A program made the position numbers and the translations under genes. Below the pieces are notes generated by a model. It saw only the letters and a program-made list of their open reading frames with translations, searched no databases and was not told where the DNA came from. From contig CP086569.2 of the NCBI GenBank assembly GCA_009914755.4, positions 32,000,001-32,064,000 on the forward strand: 64,000 bases of DNA, given 5' to 3'. The DNA is from the human T2T-CHM13v2.0 reference genome, Homo sapiens. Below, one piece after another: positions 1 to 31,800 of the stretch; position 1 is the stretch's first letter; the number at the start of each line of letters is the position of its first letter.

Positions 1-359
1 ATAGAATTATATAATCATATATAATTATTTATATTCTATAAAAAATTATATCATTATATAAATTATAATATATAAAAATTATAATATGTACTACAAATAT
101 ATATATTATATATCATATATGATATAGTACCTTTGTTATATATCATGATACATATAAATGTGTATTATGTTATCTATAAGTATATAATTTCATATATAAG
201 TTATATAATATGTATTATATATTATATATGTTATGTAATATATATAGTATATATAAGATGACACAGGATAAATATTATATACTATGACATATAAAATATA
301 TGAGGTTATATGTTACATATAAGGCATAGCACATAACATGTAATATATATCATCTATAA
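1..359. repeat. Partial 2.4-kb unit (TA-rich block only) cut by window start
   Basis: Sequence 1-359 matches the TA-rich tail that precedes the Alu in later units (e.g. 2420-2777). Confidence 0.8.
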
Positions 360-652
<293 letters not shown>

Positions 653-1250
653 GAACCCTATTTTTTAAATGAAAAAAAATTTCAAAGGTACTCTGCTTGG
701 TACAATAATCAAATGTATAAACTGAGGAATAAAACATAACCATGAAACCTACTTATAACTGCATATGGAAAATACAGAGGATAATTTTTTAAATAACATA
801 TTTTGAAAGCCTTAACTAGTAATTTGAAGAGTTGGCATTTGAAAGGCCAGTATGAATATACCTTCAAAGCAGCAACACAGGTTCCCCATGAGAAAAAGCA
901 AACTCAGGGAAAATAAAACCACAAAGGTGCAATCTCTTCTGACCTTTGAAAGACACAGCACAGACAGTGGTCCTTAGGACGAAGAGCAGGAGACCCCTAA
1001 TTCCGTCACCATGGCGATAGGGCATAAACATTGCTGGGTGAGGGCACAATCCACCTTGTGAGGTCCAACTGCTGTCAGGAAGACAGGAGTGCTTTTACAT
1101 AGACCGAAAGGTCATTGAAGGCTCAGAGTTTTGTTTCAAGAACTGAATCCCAACCCCACACGTTATTAGGCTGCGCTTCTTAAAACAAGTTATGAGATGG
1201 GAAAAAGGGCACCCACAAACATACGTATACATTATGTATATAATAATATA
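653..1250. other. ~600-bp non-Alu, non-TA-rich segment of the 2.4-kb unit (first copy; recurs in every unit); origin not recognised
   Basis: Moderate-GC sequence between the Alu and the TA-rich block. Carries the recurring 61-aa minus-strand ORF (864-1049 etc.). I cannot assign it to a known repeat family by eye. Confidence 0.5.
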
Positions 1251-2754
1251 CAGTATCATATTTATAATATATATAACCTATGTATAATATTGTTTTACAT
1301 CCTGCGTCTTATATTATATATAGTATAAAATATAATAATTGATAATATATAAGTTTTCTATTTCTACAATATGACATATAGTATATATTATAATTTATGA
1401 CATATATAATATATGTTATATATCATATATAGAATATATTATACGGTTAATATACGTATTAAATATAAATTATACATTATATATATTATATATAATATAT
1501 CTGTTATATATAATACCAATTATGCATAATATATATATTATGTCTATGTTATATATAGTATAAATCAACATATAATAATATATAATTGTATATATAAAAT
1601 GCGACATATAATATATATTATATTTTATGACATATGTAATATATATTATATATTATATATAATACGTTGTATGTATAATACCTATATTAAATATATATTA
1701 TATGACTATGTTATTAATTACATGTCACATATGTTATATATTATATATTTTACATAGAATATACCGGTTACATACAATATATACTATGTTACCTATAATG
1801 TATAATTTATTACATGTAAAATAAAGAATGCAATATATTATGTATAATTTATAATGTACAATATGTGGAATGTGATATATATAACATATAATATATGATA
1901 TATGATATACAGTATATGATATATAACATACAATATATGATACCTAATATATATGGTATACAATATATATTTTATGATATGTATTCTCTATGTTTTATAT
2001 TCTGTTATATATAACTATTTGAAATTATATATAACTATATAATATTTTATGTAAATATGTAATTTAATATATATAACTATATAATATATTATATATAACT
2101 ATATATTATGTTATATATACTTTTATAACATAATTGACATAAAATATCATAATATAATATATATTATATTATTTCATATTACATAATATATATTACATAT
2201 CACCCAATATAAGTAACATACACAATATTATAATATAGATTATATTATGTTATATTAAATATCATATATATCATGTATCATATATTCTATAATATCTATT
2301 ATAAATTATATAATATGTATGTTGTCTATTATGTGATATATATAACTATATATATAATTATATTATTATACATATAGCTAGATAAACATGTAATTCTACA
2401 TATTTTCATTTATAATATATAGAATTATATAATCATATATAATTATTTATATTCTATAAAAAATTATATCATTATATAAATTATAATATATAAAAATTAT
2501 AATATGTACTACAAATATATATATTATATATCATATATGATATAGTACCTTTGTTATATATCATAATACATATAAATGTGTATTATGTCATCTATAATTA
2601 TATAATTTCATATATAAGATGTATAATATGTATTATATATTATATATGTTATGTAATATATATGGTATGTATAAGATGACACAGGATAAATATTATATAC
2701 TATGACATATAAAATATATGAGGTTATATGTTACATATAAGGCATAGCAAATAA

Positions 2755-19016
<16,262 letters not shown>

Positions 19017-21800
19017 TGGACTCCTTTGGAATGGTCTAGTATGCAATGCAATCGACTGGCAGGGAATTAAAAGGAATGTAATCGAATGGATTGCACTGGA
19101 ATGCAATGGACTCGAATAGATTGGAAACAGAATGCAAAGGAATGGAATGGAATAGTATGGAATGGAATGGAAAGGAATGGAGTGGAATAGACTAGAGTAG
19201 AATGGAATTTACTCGAAAGCAATGGACTGGAATAGAACTTTCTTGAATGGGCTGGAATCAAACGGAATGGAATGCTGTGCAATCAAATAGAATGAAAGAG
19301 AATCAAATCCAATCGAATGGATTGGAAAGGAATTGACTGAAATGGAATGGACTAGAATGGAAGGCAAAGGAATGGAATCTATAGGAATGGACTGTAATGG
19401 AACGGAATGGAAGGGATTGGAATGGAATCGAATGGAATGGACTGCAATAGAAAGGATTCGAATGGAATGAAAAAGAATTGAATGGAATAGAACAGAATGG
19501 AATCAAATCGAATGAAATGGAATGGAATAGAAAGGATTCGAATGGAATGCAATCGAACGGAATGGAATCGAACGGAATGGAATAAAATGGAAGAAAACTG
19601 GCAAGAAATGGAATCGAAATGAATGGAGTGTTATGGATCGGACTCAAAAGGAATTGAATGTAATAGAATGGAGTGGAGTTGACTCGAATATAATGGACTG
19701 GAATGGAATGAAATCACATGGAATGGGAACGAATGGAATGGAATGGAAAGGAATGGAATCGAATGGAAAGGAATCGAATGGAAGGGAATGCAATTGAATC
19801 AACAGGAATGGAAGGGAATAGAATAGACGGTAATGGAATGGACTCGAATAGAATGGACACGAATGCTCAAATTGAATGGACTCGAATGGAATGGAAACGA
19901 AAGGAATGTCATCGAATGGAATTGAATTGATTGGAATGAAATCGCATAGAATGGAGTGGAATCAAATGGAATTGAATCGAAAGGAAAGGAAGCGAATGGA
20001 CTGAAATGAAATGGAATGGAATTGAATGGAAAGTAATGCAATGGAATAGAATGGAACGAAATTTCACGGAATGGAATCAAACTGAATGGAATCAAATCAA
20101 TGGAATATAATCAAATGGAATGGAAAGGAATTGAATGGAGTAGATTGGATTGGATGGGATTGGAATGAAATGTACTGGAAAGAACTCGAATTTCATGAAA
20201 CGGAATGGAATGAATTGGAACGGAATGGACTCGAATGGAATGGAATGTCATGGAATGGCATCAAATGGAATGGCATCAAATGGAATGGAATCGAATGCAA
20301 TGGAATGCTATGGAATGGAATGGAATGCATTGGAATGGAATGTTCTCTAATGGAGTGGATTCGAGTGGAATGGAATCGAATATAATGGAGTCGAATGAAA
20401 TGGAATTGAAAGGAATGGGACCGAATACAATGGAATATACTGGAATGTAATGTAATGAACTCGAATGTAATTGACTGGAATGGAATGTACATGAATGGAA
20501 TGTAATCGAATGGAAAGTAATCCAATGGAATAGAATCTAATGCAATAAAATCGACTCAAATAGAATAGAATGTAATGGAATGGAGTGCAGTGCAATGGAA
20601 TGGAATGGAATGGAATGCAGTGGAATGGAATGGAATGGAATGCAATGGAATGGAATGTATTAGAATGTAATGAACATTAATGGAATGTACTCGAATGGAT
20701 TCGACTGGAATGGAATGTTCTGGAAGTTTATGGACTCCAATGGAATGGATTCGAAAGGAATGGAATCGAACGGAATGGAATCTAATGGAATGGAATTAAA
20801 TGGAAATGAATCAAATTGAATAGCACGGAATTGAATTGAATGGAATCGAATGCAATGGAATCTAATGAAACAGAAAGGAAAGGAATGGAATGGAATGGAA
20901 TGGGCTGGAATGGATTGGAATCGAAACGAATGGAATGGAATTGAACTAAAGAGACTGGAATGGAATGCACTGGAATGGAAGGGAGTGTAATGGAAGGTTC
21001 TCGAAAAAAATGGAATCGAATGGAATGGAATTGAATGGAACGGAATAGAGTCGAATGGAATTGAATGGAATGGAATGGACTAGAGTGAAATGGAATCGAA
21101 ACACAAGGAATGGACAGGAATAGAATGGTCTCGAATTGAATGGAATCTTATGGAATGGCATCAAACGGAATGGAATGGACAGCCACGGAATGGAATGCAC
21201 TCGAATGCAATGGAGTCGAAACTAATGGACTGGAATAGAATGGACTCGACTGGTACGGACTCCAATGGAATGGAATCGAATGGAAGGGAATCGAACGGAA
21301 TGGACTCGAAGGGAAAAGACTGCAATGGAAAGGTCTCGAATGGAATGGAAATTAATGGAATGGAATGGAATCGAATGAAATGGAGTCAAAAGGAATGGAA
21401 TCGAATGGCAAGAAATCGAATGTAATGGAATCGCAAGGAATTGATGTGAAAGGAACGGAATGGAATGGAATCCAAAGGAATGGAATAGAATGGAATGGAA
21501 TCAAATGGAAAGGACTCGAATGGAAATCACTCGAATAGAATGCAATTTAATGAAATAGGATCAAATGTAATGGAATGGAATGGAAAGGAATCGAAACGAA
21601 AGGAATGGAGACAGATGGAATGGAATGGAACAGAGAGCAATGGTATAGAATGGAATGGAATCATCTGGAATGGAATTGAATGGAATGGAATAACATGAAA
21701 TGGAATGGAATGGAATGGAATGCCCTTGAATTAAATGGACTGGAATGGAATGGACTCGAACAGAGTGGAATGGAAAGTGTTGAAATAGAATGGAATGGAC
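19017..21800 (+). repeat. HSat3 higher-order unit 1, internally deleted (2780 bp)
   Basis: Aligns to unit 2 at offset 2869/2864 up to ~20,600, then at offset 3549 from ~20,780. About 690 bp corresponding to ~23,460-24,330 is absent, plus a ~90-bp gap near 19,290. Confidence 0.8.
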
Positions 21801-24800
21801 TCGTTTGGAATGGTCTAGTATGCAATGCAATCGACTGGCAGGGAATCAAAAGGAATGTAATCGAATGGATTGGACTGGAATGCAATGGACTCGAATAGAT
21901 TGGAAAAGGAATGCAAAGGAATGGAATGGAATAGTATGGAATGGAATGGAAAGGAATGGAGTGGAATAGACTAGAGTGGAATGGAATGGACTCAGAAGCA
22001 ATGGACTGGAATGGAACTTTCTTGAATGGACTGGAATCAAACGGAATGGAATGCAATGCAATCAAATGGCATGGAATAAAATAGAATGAAAGAGAATCAA
22101 ACGGAATTGAATCGAATGGAATCGAATGGATTGGAAAGGAATAGAATGGAATGGAATGGAATTGACTCAAATGGAATGGACTAGAATGGAATGGATTCGA
22201 ATGGAAGGCAAAGGAATGGAATCTATTGGAATGGACTGTAATGGAATGGAATGGAAGGGATTGGAATGGAGTCGAATGGAATGGACTGCAATAGAAAGGA
22301 TTCGAATGGAATGAAAAAGAATTGAATGGAATAGAACAGAATGGAATCAAATCGAATGAAATGGAATGGAATAGAAAGGAATGGAATGAAATGGAATGGA
22401 AAGGATTCGAATGGAATGCAATCGAATGGAATGGAATCGAACGGAATGGAATAAAATGGAAGAAAACTGGCAAGAAATGGAATCGAAATGAATGGAGTGT
22501 TATGGAACGGACTCAAAAGGAATTGAATGTAATAGAATGGAGTGGAGTGGACTCGAATATAATGGACTGGAATGGAATGAAATCACATGGAATGGGAACG
22601 AATGGAATGGAATGGAAAGGAATGGAATCGAATGGAAAGGAATGGAATGGAAGGGAATGAAACTGAATCAACAGGAATGGAAGGGAGTAGAATAGACGGT
22701 AATGGAATGGACTCGAATAGAATGGACATGAATGCACAAATTGAATGGACTCGAATGGAATGGAAACGAAAGGAATGTCATCGAATGGAATTGAATCGAT
22801 TGGAATGAAATCGCATAGAATGGAGTGGAATCAAATGGAATTGAATCGAAAGGAAAGGAAGCGAATGGACTGAAATGGAATGGAATGGAATGGAAAGTAA
22901 TGCAATGGAATAGAATGGAACGAAATTTCACGGAATGGAATCAAACTGAATGGAATCAAATCAATGGAATATAATCAAATGGAATGGAAAGGAATTGAAT
23001 GGAGTAGATGGGATTGGATGGGATTGGAATGAAATGTACTGGAAAGGAATCGAATTTCATGAAACGGAATGGAATGAATTGGAAAGGAATGGACTCGAAT
23101 GGAATGGAATGTCATGGAATGGCATCAAATGCAATGGCATCAAAGGGAATGGAATCGAATGCAATGGAATGCTATGGAATGGAATGGAATGCATTGGAAT
23201 GGAATGTCCTCTAATGGAATGGATTCGAGTGGAATGGAATCGAATATAATGGAGTCGAATGAAATGGAATTGAAAGGAATGGGATCGAATACAATGGAAT
23301 ATACTGGAATATAACGTAATGAACTCGAATGTAATTGACTGGAATGGAATGTACACGAATGGAATGTAATCGAATGGAAAGTAATCCAATGGAATAGAAT
23401 CTAATGCAATAAAATCGACTCAAATGGAATAGAATGCAATGGAATGGAGTGCAGTGCAATGGAATGGAATGGAATGGAATGCAATGGAATGGAATGGAAT
23501 GGAATGGAATGGAATGCAATGGGATGGAATGGTATGGAATGGATAGTAATGGACTGGAGTGAAATGGACTGGAAAGGAATGGACTCAAATTGAAAGGGCT
23601 CGAAAGGAATGGAGTCAAATGGAATGGTCTGGAATGGAATGAACACGAATGTAATGCAATCCAATTGAATGGAATCGAATGGCATGGAATATAAAGAAAT
23701 GGAATCGAAGAGAATGGAAACAAATGGAATGGAATTGAATGGAATGGAATTGAATGGAATGGGAACGAATGGAGTGAAATTGTATGCAGTAGAAGAGAAT
23801 AGAATGGAATGCAAGCGAAAGGAAAGGAATGGATTGGAATGGAATGGAATTCATTGGAATGGAAGGGAATGTAGTGTAATGGACAGGCCTGGAATAAAGT
23901 GGAATGCTACGGTCACGAATGGAATAAAAATGTATGGAATGGAATGCAATGAAACGGAATCGAATGTCAAAGAATGTAATGGAAAACAAAAAAATGGAAT
24001 CCAAAATCATTGACTGGAAAGGCTGGGTGTCGAAAGGAATTGACTCCAATGGAATGTAATCGAATGGAATGGAAGTGAATAGAATCGAACTAAATCGAAT
24101 GGAATGGAATTGATAGGAACGGAATGGAAAGGAATGCAATGATTTTGCATGGAATGGAATCGAATGACATCGAATGGAATGGAATGGAATGCAATGGAAT
24201 GGAATGTATTAGAATGTAATGAACATTAATGGAAAGTACTCGAATGGATTCGACTGGAATGGAATGTTCTGGAAGTGAATGGACTCCAATGGAATGGATT
24301 CGAAAGGAATGGAATCGAACGGAATGGAATCTAATGGAATGGAATTAAATGGAAATGAATCAAATTGAATAGCACGGAATTGAATTGAATGGAATCGAAT
24401 GCAATGGAATCTAATGAAACGGAAAGGAAAGGAATGGAATGGAATGGAGTGGGCTGGAATGGAATGGAATCAAAACGAATGGAATGGAATCGAACTGAAG
24501 AGACTGGAATGGAATGCACTGGAATGGAAGGGAGTGTAATGGAAGGTTCTCGAAAAAAATGGAATCGAATGGAATGGAATTGAATGGAACGGAATAGAGT
24601 CGAATGGAATTGAATGGAATGGAATGGACTAGAGTGAAATGGAATCGAACCACAAGGAATGGACAGGAATAGAATGGTCTCGAATTGAATGGAATCGTAT
24701 GGAATGGCATCAAACGGAATGGAATGGACAGCCACGGAATGGAATGCACTCGAATGCAATGGAGTCGAAACTAATGGACTGGAATAGAATGGACTTGACT

Positions 24801-25334
24801 GGTACGGACTCCAATGGAATGGAATCGAATGGAAGGGAATCGAACGGAATGGACTCGAAGGGAAAAGACTGCAATGGAAAGGTCTCGAATGGAATGGAAA
24901 TTAATGGAATGGAATGGAATCGAATGAAATGGAGTCAAAAGGAATGGAATCGAATGGCAAGAAACCAAATGTAATGGAATCGCAAGGAATTGATGTGAAC
25001 GGAACGGAATGGAATGGAATCCAAAGGAATGGAATCGAATGGAAAGGACTCGAATGGAAACCACTCGAATAGAATGCAATTTAATAAAATAGGATCAAAT
25101 GTAATGGAATGGAATGGAAAGGAATCGAAACGAAAGGAATGGAGACAGATGGAATGGAATGGAACAGAGAGCAATGGTATAGAATGGAATGGAATCATCT
25201 GGAATGGAATTGAATGGAATGGAATAATATGAAATGGAATGGAATGGAATGGAATGCCCTTGAATTAAATGGACTGGAATGGAATAGACTCGAACAGAGT
25301 GGAATGGAAAATGTTGAAATAGAATGGAATGGAC
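21801..25334 (+). repeat. HSat3 higher-order unit 2 (3534 bp)
   Basis: Landmark phase. Confidence 0.8.
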
Positions 25335-28300
25335 TCCTTTGGAATGGTGCAGCATGCAATGCAATCGACTGGCAGGGAATCAAAAGGAATGTAATGGAAT
25401 GGATTGGACTGGAATGCAATGGACTCGAATAGATTGGAAACGGAATGCAAAGGAATGGAATGGAATAGTATGGAATGGAATGGAAAGGAATGGAGTGGAA
25501 TAGACTAGAGTGGAATGGAATGGACTGGAAAGCAATGGACTGGAATGGAACTTTCTTGAATGGACTGGAATCAAACGGAATGGAATGCAATGCAATCAAA
25601 TGTCATGGAATAAAATAGAATGAAAGAGAATCAAATGGAATTGAATCGAATGGAATCGAATGGATTGGAAAGGAATAGAATGGAATGGAATGGAATTGAC
25701 TCAAATGGAATGGACTAGAATGGAATGGATTCGAATGGAAGGCAAAGGAATGGAATCTATTGGAATGGACTGTAATGGAATGGAATGGAAGGGATTGGAA
25801 TGGACTCGAATGGAATGGACTGCAATAGAAAGGAATCGAATGGAATGAAAAAGAATTGAATGGAATAGAACAGAATGGAATCAAATCGAATGAAATAGAA
25901 TGGAATAGAAAGGAATGGAATGAAATGGAATGGAAAGGATTCGAATGGAATGCAATCGAATGGAATGAAATCGAACGGAATGTAATCGAACAGAATGGAA
26001 TAAAATGGAAGAGAACTGGCAAGAAATGGAATCGAAATGAATGGAGTGTTATGGAACGGACTCAAAAGGAATTGAATGTAATAGAATGGAGTGGAGTGGA
26101 CTCGAATATAATGGACTGGAATGGAATGAAATCACATGGAATGGGAACGAATGGAATGGAATGGAAAGGAATGGAATCGAATGGAAAGGAATCGAATGGA
26201 AGGGAATGAAATTGAATCAACAGGAATGGAAGGGAGTAGAGTAGACGGTAATGGAATGGACTCGAATAGAATGGACACGAATGCTCAAATTGAATGGACT
26301 CGAATGGAATGGAAACGAAAGGAATGTCATCGAATGGAATTGAATCGATTGGAATGAAATCGCATAGAATGGAGTGGAATCAAATGGAATTGAATCGAAA
26401 GGAAAGGAAGCGAATGGACTGAAATGAAATGGAATGGAATTGAATGGAAAGTAATGCAATGGAATAGAATGGAACGAAATTTCACGGAATGGAATCAAAC
26501 TGAATGGAATCAAATCAATGGAATATAATCAAATGGAATGGAAAGGAATTGAATGAAGTAGATTGGATTGGATGGGATTGGAATGAAATGGAATGGAAAG
26601 GACTCGAATTTCATGAAACGGAATGGAATGAATTGGAACGGAATGGACTCGAATGGAATGGAATGTCATGGAATGGCATCAAACGGAATGGCATCAAATG
26701 GGATGGAATCGAATGCAATGGAATGCTATGGAATGGAATGGAATGCATTGGAATGGAATGTCCTCTAATGGAATGGATTCTAGTGGAATGGAATCGAATA
26801 TAATGGAGTCGAATGAAATGGAATTGAAAGGAATGGGATCGAATACAATGGAATAAACTGGAATGTAATGTAAAGAACTCGAATGTAATTGACTGGAATG
26901 GAATGCACATGAATGGAATGTAATCGAATTTAAAGTAATCCAATGGAATAGAATCTAATGCCATAAAATCGGCTCAGATAGGGTAGAATGTAATGGAATG
27001 GAGGGCAGTGCAATGGAATGGAACGGAATGGAATGCAATGGAATGGAATGGAATGGAATGGAATGGAATGGAATGGAATGGGATGGAATGGTATGGAATG
27101 GATAGTAATGGACTGGAGTGAAATGGACTGGAAAGGAATGGACTCAAATTGAAAGAGCTCGAAAGGAATGGAGTCAAATGGAATGGTCTGGAATGGAATG
27201 AACACGAATGTAATGCAATCCAATAGAATGGAATCGAATGGCATGGAATATAAAGAAATGGAATCGAAGAGAATGGAAACAAATGGAATGGAATAGAATG
27301 GAATGGAATTGAATGGAATGGGAACGAACGGAGTGAAATTGTATGCAGTAGAAGAGAATAGAATGGAATGCAAGCGAAAGGAAAGGAATGGATTGGAATG
27401 GAATGGAATTCATTGGAATGGAAGGGAATGTAGTGTAATGGACAGGCCTGGAATAAAGTGGAATGCTACGGTCTCGAATGGAATAAAAATGTATGGAATG
27501 GAATGCAATGAAACGGAATCGAATGTCATAGAATGTAATGGAATGCAAAAAAATGGACTCCAAATCATTGACTGGAAAGGCTGGGTGTCGAAAGGAAATG
27601 ACTCCAATGGAATGGAATCGAATGGAATGGAAGTGAATAGAATCGAACTAAATCGAATGGAATGGAATTGATAGGAACGGAATGGAAAGGAATGCAATGA
27701 TTTGGCATGGAATGGAATCAAATGACATCGAATGGAATGGAATGGAATGCAATGGAATGGAATGTATTAGAATGTAATGAACTTTAATGGAATGTACTCG
27801 AATGCATTCGACTGGAATAAAATGTTCTGGAAGTGAATGGACTCCAATGGAATGGATTCGAAAGGAATGGAATCTAATGGAATGGAATTAAATGGAAATG
27901 AATCAAATTGAATAGCACGGAATTGAATTGAATGGAATCGAATGCAATGGAATCTAATGAAACGGAAAGGAAAGGAATGGAATGGAATGGAATGGGCTGG
28001 AATGGAATGGAATCGAAACGAATGGAATGGAATCGAACTGAAGAGACTGGAATGGAATGCACTGGAATGGAAGGGAGTGTAATGGAAGGTTCTCGAAAAA
28101 AATGGAATCGAATGGAATGGAATTGAATGGAACGGAATACAGTCGAATGGAATTCAACGGAATGGAACGGACTAGAGTGAAATGGAATCGAACCAGAAGG
28201 AATGGACAGAAATAGAATGGTCTCGAATTGAATGGAATCGTATGGAATGGCATCAAACGGAATGGAATGGACAGTCACGGAATGGAATGCACTCGAATGC

Positions 28301-28892
28301 AATGGAGTCGAAACTAATGGACTGGAATAGAATGGACTCGACTGGTACGGACTCCAATGGAATGGAATCCAACGGAAGGGAATCCAACGGAATGGACTCG
28401 AAGGGAAAAGACTGCAATGGAAAGGTCTCGAATGGAATGGAAATTAATGGAATGGAATGGAATCGAATGAAATGCAGTCAAAAGGAATGGAATCGAATGG
28501 CAAGAAATCGAATGTAATGGAATCGCAAGGAATTGATGGGAACGGAACTGAATGGAATGGAATCCAAAGGAATGGAATAGAATGGAATGGAATCGAATGG
28601 AAAGGACTCGAATGGAAATCACTCGAATAGAATACAATTTAATAAAATAGGATCAAATGTAATGGAATGGAATGGAAAGGAATCGAAACGAAAGGAATGG
28701 AGACAGATGGAATGGAATGGAACAGAGAGCAATGGTATAGAATGGAATGGAATCATCTGGAATGGAATTGAATGGAATGGAATAATATGAAATGGAATGG
28801 AGTGGAATGGAATGCCCTTGAATTAAATGGACTGGAATGGAATGGACTCGAACAGAGTGGAATGGAAAGTGTTGAAATAGAATGGAATGGAC
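25335..28892 (+). repeat. HSat3 higher-order unit 3 (3558 bp)
   Basis: Landmark phase. Confidence 0.8.
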
Positions 28893-31800
28893 TCGTTTGG
28901 AATGGTCTAGTATGCAATGCAATCGACAGGCAGGGAATCAAAAGGAATGTAATCGAATGGATTGGACTGGAATGCAATGGACTCGAATAGATTGGAAACG
29001 GAATGCAAAGGAATGGAATGGAATAGTATGGAATGGAATGGAAAGGAATGGAGTGGAATAGACTAGAGTGGAATGGAATGGACTGGAAAGCAATGGACTG
29101 GAATGGAACTTTCTTGATTGGACTGGAATCAAACGGAATGGAATGCAATGCAATCAAATGGCTTGGAATAAAATAGAATGAAAGAGAATCAAATGGAATT
29201 GAATCGAATGGAATCGAATGGATTGGAAAGGAAGAGAATGGAATGGAATGGAATTGACTCAAATGGAATGGACTAGAATGGAATGGATTCGAATGGAAGG
29301 CAAAGGAATGGAATCTATTGGAATGGACTGTAATGGAATGGAATGGAAGGGATTGGAATGGACTCGAATGGAATGGACTGCAATAGAAAGGATTCGAATG
29401 GAATGAAAAAGAATTGAATGGAATAGAACAGAATGGAATCAAATCGAATGAAATGGAATGGAATAGAAAGGAATGGAATGAAATGGAATGGAAAGGATTC
29501 GAACGGAATGCAATCGAATGGAATGCAATCGAATGGAATGGAATCGAACGGAATGGAATAAAATGGAAGAAAACTGGCCAGAAATGGAATCGAAATGAAT
29601 GGAGTGTTATGCAACGGACTCAAAAGGAATTGAATGTAATAGAATGGAGTGGAGTGGACTCGAATATAATGGACTGGAATGGAATGAAATCATATGGAAT
29701 GGGAACGAATGGAATGGAATGGAAAGGAATGGAATCGAATGGAAAGGAATCGAATGGAAGGGAATGAAATTGAATCAACAGGAATGGAAGGGAATAGAAT
29801 AGACGGTAATGGAATGGACTCAAATAGAATGGACACGAATACTCAAATTGAATGGACTCGAGTGGAATGGAAACGAAAGGAATGTCGTCGAATGGAATTG
29901 AATCGATTGGAATGAAATCGCATAGAATGGAGTGGAATCAAATGGAATTGAATCGAAAGGAAAGGAAGCGAATGGACTGAAATGAAATGGAATGGAATTG
30001 AATGGAAAGTAATGCAATGGAATAGAATGGAACGAAATTTCACGGAATGGAATCAAACTGAATGGAATCAAATCAATGGAATATAATCAAATGGAATGGA
30101 AAGGAATTGAATGGAGTAGATGGGATTGGATGGGATTGGAATGAAATGTACTGGAAAGGACTCGAATTTCATGAAACGGAATGGAATGAATTGGAACGGA
30201 ATGGACTCGAATGGAATGGAATGTCATGGAATGGCATCAAATGGAATGGCATCAAATGGAATGGAATCGAATGCAATGGAATGCTATGGAATGGAATGGA
30301 ATGCATTGGAATGGAATGTCCTCTAATGGAATGGATTCGAGTGGAATGGAATCGAACATAATGGAGTCGAATGAAATGGAATTGAAAGGAATGGGATCGA
30401 ATAGAATGGAATATACTGGAATGTAACGTAATGAACTCGAATGTAATTGACTGGAATGGAATGTACATGAATGGAATGTAATCGAATGGAAAGTAATCCA
30501 ATGGAATAGAATCTAATGCAATAAAATCGACTCAAATAGAATAGAATGTAATGGAATGGAGTGCAGTGCAATGGAATGGAATGGAATGGAATGCAATGGA
30601 ATGGAATGTAATGGAATGGAATGGAATGGGATGGAATGGTATGGAATGGATAGTAATGGACTGGAGTGAAATGGACTGGAAAGGAATGGACTCAAATTGA
30701 AAGGGCTCGAAAGGAATGGAGTCAAATGGAATGGTCTGGAATGGAATGAACACGAATGTAATGCAATCCAATAGAATGGAATCGAATGGCATGGAATATA
30801 AAGAAATGGAATCGAAGAGAATGGAAACAAATGGAATGGAATTGAATGGAATGGAATTGAATGGAATGGGAACGAATGGAGTGAAATTGTATGCAGTAGA
30901 AGAGAATAGAATGGAATGCAAGCGAAAGGAAAGGAATGGATTGGAATGGAATGGAATTCATTGGAATGGAAGGGAATGTAGTGTAATGGACAGGCCTGGA
31001 ATAAAGTGGAATGCTACGGTCTCGAATGGAATAAAAAGATATGGAATGGAATGCAATGAAACGGAATCGAATGTCATAGAATGTAATGGAATGCAAAAAA
31101 ATGGACTCCAAAGTCATTGACTGGAAAGGCTGGGTGTCGAAAGGAATTGACTCCAATGGAATGGAATCGAATGGAATGGAAGTGAATAGAATCGAACTAA
31201 ATCGAATGGAATGGAATTGATAGGAACGGAATGGAAAGGAATGCAATGATTTGGCATGGAATGGAATCGAATGGCATCGAATGGAATGGAATGGAATGCA
31301 ATGGAATGGAATGTATTAGAATGTAATGAACTTTAATGGAATGTACTCGAATGGATTCGACTGGAATGGAATGTTCTGGAAGTGAATGGACTCCAATGGA
31401 ATGGATTCGAAAGGAATGGAATCGAACGGAATGGAATCTAATGGACTGGAATTAAATGGAAATAAATCAAATTGAATAGCACGGAATTGAATTGAATGGA
31501 ATCGAATGCAATGGAATCTCATGAAACGGAAAGGAAAGGAATGGAATGGAATGGAATGGGCTGGAATGGAATGGAATCGAAACGAATGGAATGGAATCGA
31601 ACTGAAGAGACTGGAATGGAATGCACTGGATTGGAAGGGAGTGTAATGGAAGGTTCTCGAAAAAAATGGAATCGAATGGAATGGAATTGAATGGAACGGA
31701 ATAGAGTCGAATGGAATTCAATGGAATCGAATGGACTAGAGTGAAATGGAATCGAACCACAAGGAATGGACAGGAATAGAATGGTCTCGAATTGAATGGA

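Noticed and set aside
864-1049. 61-aa minus-strand ORF (MCPHPAMFMPYRHGDGIRGLLLFVLRTTV...) conserved in all eight 2.4-kb units (864, 3282, 5695, 8110, 10530, 12950, 15367, 17756)
   Set aside because: Conservation is explained by tandem-repeat identity (copies 95-99% identical overall), not by selection. There is no recognisable domain, the composition is low-complexity, and differences between copies are not biased toward synonymous changes. It sits in a multi-copy heterochromatic satellite.
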